A stretch of 64,000 nucleotides of DNA from Squalus acanthias (Eukaryota): contig CM059432.1 of the NCBI GenBank assembly GCA_030390025.1, positions 62,560,001 to 62,624,000 on the forward strand, given 5' to 3'. The notes under the pieces are model-generated. The model ran no database searches, was not told where the DNA came from, and was given only the letters and a program-made list of their open reading frames with translations. Positions within the stretch are counted from its first letter, which is position 1. Each line of letters begins with the position of its first letter. Shown here in pieces: positions 60,501 to 64,000 of the stretch. The position numbers and the translations under genes were made by a program.

Positions 60501-63303
60501 AGTGCTGTAATGGAAGATCAAACTGCTCTCATGCAGGCTCAGCTTGCTGCCACACAAGCTCAGACCGATGCCATCGTGGCTGGGTTTACAAGTGTGGAAA
60601 GGGGCTTGCAGGGTCTCACAGCAGTCCAGCAATCTATCTTCCAACAGATAGCTAGGAATGCTGAGGCACCGCCCAGGGGGAGTGGCAGTGGCTCCATGGA
60701 GTAAGAACGTGCTGTCCTTTCTCAGGATGACAGCATTCGTACTCCCACCACTGCCACTCTGCCAGTGCCCTTGCTGCTATCTGTCAGCCAGCCAGCCCAG
60801 ACTGCTGCCGCCCATGCCAAGGTGGTGCAGTCTATAGCCAGGCCTTCTAGGCCCAACGCTACTCGAGGTCATCCTGCAAGGCCATCTGGACTGTCCCCCA
60901 CAGAAAGTCAGCAGCCTTCCACCAGCTATGCTGCAGCTACTGGGGTAGCACTGTATAGGAGCACTAGAATAGGCAAAGGAACATAAAAGACAGACATAAA
61001 GGGAATGCACAAGGGTGATTAGTTGACTTTATTATATGGTATTGGATTGAATCCTTTAAATATTATGTTTGGAATGTTTGTTTTGTGGTGGCTCTCATTT
61101 CAACTTTGTGCCCAAGAGGACGTTGTGATGTTCTGTGACAGAGAGGAAGTGTTGAGCAACGGGGATCTGTGGTGTAATTCCTTGAAACTGGAGTCTGTTG
61201 AGGCGTTCACGGACAGCCCGTCAGGAACGGGGCTCTGCTGCCTGCCTCCTCCCTTCCTCCTCCTCTTCTTCCTCCTGAGGTGGTCGCAGAACCCGTGGTG
61301 GCAAGGGCTGCATCTTCATGATGACCAAGTTGTGGAGGATGCAGCAGACCACCCGCTCCGGCATGCACTGGAGGGCTCCTCCCGAGTGGTCAAGGCAGCG
61401 GAACCGTTGCTTTCGCACCCCAATTGTCTGCTCGATGACATTCCTGGTGGCAGCATGGCTGTTATTATATGACTGCTGGCCACGAGTGGTGGAGTTGCTG
61501 AGGGGAGTCATCAGCCAGGTGTCGAGCCCTTGTCTCCGAGCAGCCACCCTTGGGTTCGACGTGGTGGCTGGAAGATTGCTGGCACACCAGACTGGCACAG
61601 GATGAAGGCAGCATGACTGCTGCCAGAGAGCAGGCATTCACCATCATGATGTGCTGGGCATGGTCGCACTACAGCACATTAAGTGAGTGGTAGCCTTTGT
61701 GGTTGCGGAACATCTCAGGATTGATATGTGGCCCCTGCAAAGCCACGTGTGTGCTGTCGATGGTGCCCTGCACCATGGGGCAGCCCGATATCCTGCCAAA
61801 ACCATATGCACGCTCCTCCTCTTCTATCTGTTCAGAGAGAACACAATGAAGTCCCTTCTCCTGGAGTACAGAGCCTCAGTGGCCTCCCGGATGCAGCGAT
61901 GGACGGCGAACTGGGAGATGTTAGCTATGTCACCTGCTCCAGACTGGAAGGAGCCGGTGACGAAAAAATTCAGGGCCACAGTCAACTTGAGGGCCACTGG
62001 CAGCGCCATCGTTGCCCTGCCTCTGAGGCTGCAGGTATCATTCCAAGAGGTGGCAGCATTCTGTGACCATCTCCTTGGTGAAGCGGAGCCTCTGAATACA
62101 TTGCTCCTGGCTTAAGTGCAGGTAGGAGAAGTGCTCTCGGAAGACCCTTGGTGGGTAAGACCACTTGCTGAGAGCCCTCCTGCCCCTCCTCCTCCTCCCT
62201 CTGCGAGCAGCTTGTCTTCTTCTTTGCTGCCACTGCTCCATCTCCCTGTCATGCTCCAGCACAAGGGGGTCTGCAAGTCGAGCCCCCATAACTGGGAGCA
62301 AATGGTCTGGTCAGAACCCTTGAATTCAGAAGCAAGGCTTTCTCCACTTGCAGTACCACTCCCTGTCACCTCACCAACTTTAAATAACTGTAGAAAGCTC
62401 CAAACAGTTCCACAAACTTACACAGAGCCAATAGAAAGCAGAAAGTAAGTCACCTGCAAGTTGTTGATGATCCCTTTAAATACCACTGGTGGGGGGGTTC
62501 CCTCGTGCAGCTGAATACTTGTTCAGCTGTGTGTGCTTTGGAGAGGGCGTGCAGTCGAACGGCAACGTCCAAAATAGCAGGTCGTGCATCAAATCAGCAT
62601 TGCACGCTGATTGATGTCACGATCTGCCTCATTAGCATTCTTCTGGCAAACATCCACACTACCGACCTGCCCAAAATGGCGACTGCTGTGGTCGCCATTT
62701 TTCTGCTGAAACCAGCCTTAAATGTCGGCATGAAGAGGGGGAATTTCACGGCCTGTAACTATAAAACTGGAAAATGCACAATGTCTTCTTTTGAATTTAA
62801 TTTTATAGTTAAAGTAACTTTCCTGTTTATAAACTATTTCTCCCTAAAACACCATATTTTTGTTTTTATATATAAGGAATGTATTTATTGTTTCCCTTCT
62901 GTACTCTTCTCATGTCATGCACCATTCCTGGTCGAGGGCAGATAGATGGGCTGCTGTCAGTTGATAAGAGTTATATAGTGGCTGGTGTGTCTCTTGCTCT
63001 TTTCCCCCTCGTTGGGCAGACACCCCCGACCTCTGTTTAGTGCCATGATGAAATAGCCGAGACTGGTAAGTCACAGTGGAGAGTTGTCAGCAAACCTGTG
63101 TTCTTGATGGTGTGTTGACTTGGAGATGTGCCAGCCCTTTCCACAAGATCAATAAAAAATTCAATGACTGATATCTAATAGAATAACTTCAAATTTGTGT
63201 TTTTTTTTTCTACTATTTACAGAATAGTCAGTTTTTCCTCACCTGGATCTGTATAGTTGGAATTGGAGTGACGATGGTCACACTGTCCTCTGGAGTGGTG
63301 CTG
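48530..63303 (+). CDS. CLC-family chloride channel/Cl-/H+ exchanger, CLC-6/7-clade-like, first three coding exons (partial; continues beyond the window)
   Basis: Exons 48530-48768, 58442-58571 and 63223-63303 join in phase: MTSLFKS...ESLASHESLDYLPSHSDIYKKWLREIPYR|SDWDYWFMMGLIGIAVGILGFFIHQAIDTLIKLKWKLVLHYVQ|NSQFFLTWICIVGIGVTMVTLSSGVVL. The ESLDY motif, helix-B W..M.LIG..VG..G and the following hydrophobic helix are characteristic of CLC-6/7-type proteins. An acceptor at 48420-48421 suggests an upstream non-coding exon. Confidence 0.85.
50289..51830. mobile_element. Putative Harbinger-type non-autonomous element(s) carrying a 30-bp tandem array
   Basis: Ends GGTGCAATTTTAAC / GTTAAGATTCAGCCCC are partially inverted; GC-rich body; TSD unclear. 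Confidence 0.5.
51233..51555. repeat. Minisatellite, about 11 x 30 bp, consensus AAAAAAGCCGGGAATGGAGCGGGCTGGTTA
   Basis: Units counted directly in the sequence. Confidence 0.92.
51996..52746. mobile_element. Harbinger-type MITE (751 bp) with ATT TSD
   Basis: TIRs GGCCCAGAACTTGCTGGA / TCCAGCAAATTCTGGACC (16/18), flanked by ATT on both sides. Confidence 0.8.
52850..53275 (+). pseudogene. Harbinger (HARBI1-type) transposase N-terminal fragment
   Basis: FLDLSEEQCKRRLRFSRQTVAEFC, VALKVTTALNFFATGSFQ and HSCIKQVTNALF...GFAAVAGFPCVQGIIDFTHVA read across frameshifts. Confidence 0.85.
53385..54155. mobile_element. Harbinger-type MITE, inverted paralog of 30362-31051
   Basis: TIRs GGCCTGGAATTTGCAG / CCGCAAATTCCGGGCC; interior is the reverse complement of the 30 kb copy. 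Confidence 0.85.
54380..54740. repeat. Minisatellite of 39-bp and 31-bp units (GGCTGCTGCCAGGGTGGTCTGGRCAGACTGC[AGCMCYKC]), about 10 units
   Basis: Units read directly: 39,39,39,31,39,39,31,39,39,partial. Confidence 0.95.
54780..55330 (-). pseudogene. Harbinger Myb/SANT gene C-terminal remnant
   Basis: Minus-strand DEDFIDPDMRRKLLASHKQLYKLLEAVPSSFTTMTE/VEESISS parallels DEDFDGTAFRRRVMGTHTEMLGAMAGLSESLLSVSRSMEESGS in the element at 60 kb. Confidence 0.65.
55347..56590 (-). mobile_element. Non-LTR retrotransposon of the CR1/L2 group (distinct from the vertebrate-type CR1s here), 3' RT part
   Basis: Minus ORFs contain GVPQGNVLGPTIFSCFINDLP, MFTDD and ILGVTIDQKLNW...IYKAQVRSVMEYSPLAW. Confidence 0.9.
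56640..58396 (+). mobile_element. Older CR1 LINE, RT and 3' end
   Basis: VYMDFQRHLIR-like segment, KFVDETKLGG, WQMEFNVVNCEVIHFG, LYSLEFRRLRGDL and a CR1 tail. Confidence 0.9.
59180..60986 (+). pseudogene. Harbinger Myb/SANT (trihelix) DNA-binding protein gene, 3 exons, frameshifted
   Basis: QWEEIAQAVSAISVAPRTWIQHCKKFNVLTRVVK|gt at 59351; exon 59637-59790 AKTAHNRREQQHTGGG; exon from 59942 with acidic and coiled-coil regions; stops and frameshifts present. Confidence 0.85.
61170..62301 (-). pseudogene. Harbinger DDE transposase (HARBI1-like), frameshifted
   Basis: LSQEQCIQRLRFTKE, VALKLTVALNFFVTGSFQ, VQGTIDSTHVA, FRNHKGYHSLNV, WLMTP and HAATRNVIEQTIGVRKQRFRCLD...CCILHN. Confidence 0.92.
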
Positions 63304-64000
63304 GTAAGAAGCATTGTGATATAATCCTTTCACAAACAGCCACAAGGTCTTTAATAATTTGAACCATTCAATTATGAAACATGAACAAAATGCAGATTAC
63401 ATGATGATAGGTCAAATGTTATGCCTTTGGTGACTGAATTCTATTCAAGTTATCTCTTGTTATGGCACAAAAGAAGGAAGGGGATGGGGAAAGTCTGTGG
63501 ATGGAGGAACGTGGAGCAGTACTTTCATCAGGGTCACAGGTGAGGGGCAGGCCAGCTGCAAGTGGCCTGTATAATGGGTACCACTGAAGTAAGCACTCAA
63601 ATAATTAAACTTTTAAACACTTGAGTTGTCTCATTGGCTTTCACCTGTCAAGTTACTTTGCCTTTGTCAAGGCTAGAAAATAATTATTGATCCATGACAA
63701 GGTCAGTCTGTCTACTTGTCATCAAAGGATTATGATGTTGAGCTTTAGTTTTTTGCAAACCTTTAGCAGGTCATTTAAAAAATGACCACTACAAGGGTTT
63801 AAAAAGGTTCTGGGGAAAGTTGCAGTACAGAAGAGATAGTATAGTAATTTAACTAACATTATTTTATAATTCTTTTGACACTAGTGCTGCCTCCCAAAAT
63901 ATTTAATAATCAGAATGAAGAACATGGCTAATATCACAGTTGTGCAGCATTGAAGGATTCTTGTATAATTCTTACAGATTAATGTTATTTGTTTGATCTT

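Larger units (their letters stand above)
58673..62753. mobile_element. Near-complete PIF/Harbinger DNA transposon (4081 bp), two convergent decayed genes
   Basis: Flanked by TGT on both sides (58670-58672, 62754-62756), with short imperfect termini GGGGGTAAATT / AATTTCACGGCC. Myb gene on +, transposase on -. Confidence 0.85.

Noticed and set aside
61170..62301. Domesticated HARBI1 or NAIF1 host gene
   Set aside because: Multiple stops and frameshifts, paired with a Myb gene between TSD-flanked ends: a transposon copy.

Overview
Vertebrate genomic DNA, most likely from a cartilaginous fish (shark). The taxon is inferred from the repeat families: HE1-type V-SINE, DeuSINE/SacSINE-type SINEs, abundant CR1 LINEs and Harbinger transposons. 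Three + strand spliced genes were reconstructed by hand from GT-AG boundaries and reading-frame phase. (1) A complete MCM4 CDS, 16 coding exons, 1006-13245, 864 aa. (2) UBE2V2/MMS2, 4 exons, 24745-38090, about 142 aa, starting in a CpG island. (3) The first three coding exons of a CLC-family (CLC-6/7-clade-like) chloride channel/exchanger, 48530-63303, running off the window; it does not look like canonical CLCN6 or CLCN7. Introns and intergenic DNA are packed with nested mobile elements: CR1 and other non-LTR retrotransposons, SINEs, a hAT element with a perfect 8-bp TSD, several PIF/Harbinger MITEs, one near-complete but decayed two-gene Harbinger (Myb/SANT plus DDE transposase), and Penelope-type fragments carrying hammerhead ribozyme cores. 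Other notable structures are a spacer-less palindrome of about 110 bp, a MITE with four tandem hairpins and two minisatellites. Almost all ORFs in the supplied track are spurious or TE fragments. Family names come from recalled motifs, not from database searches.
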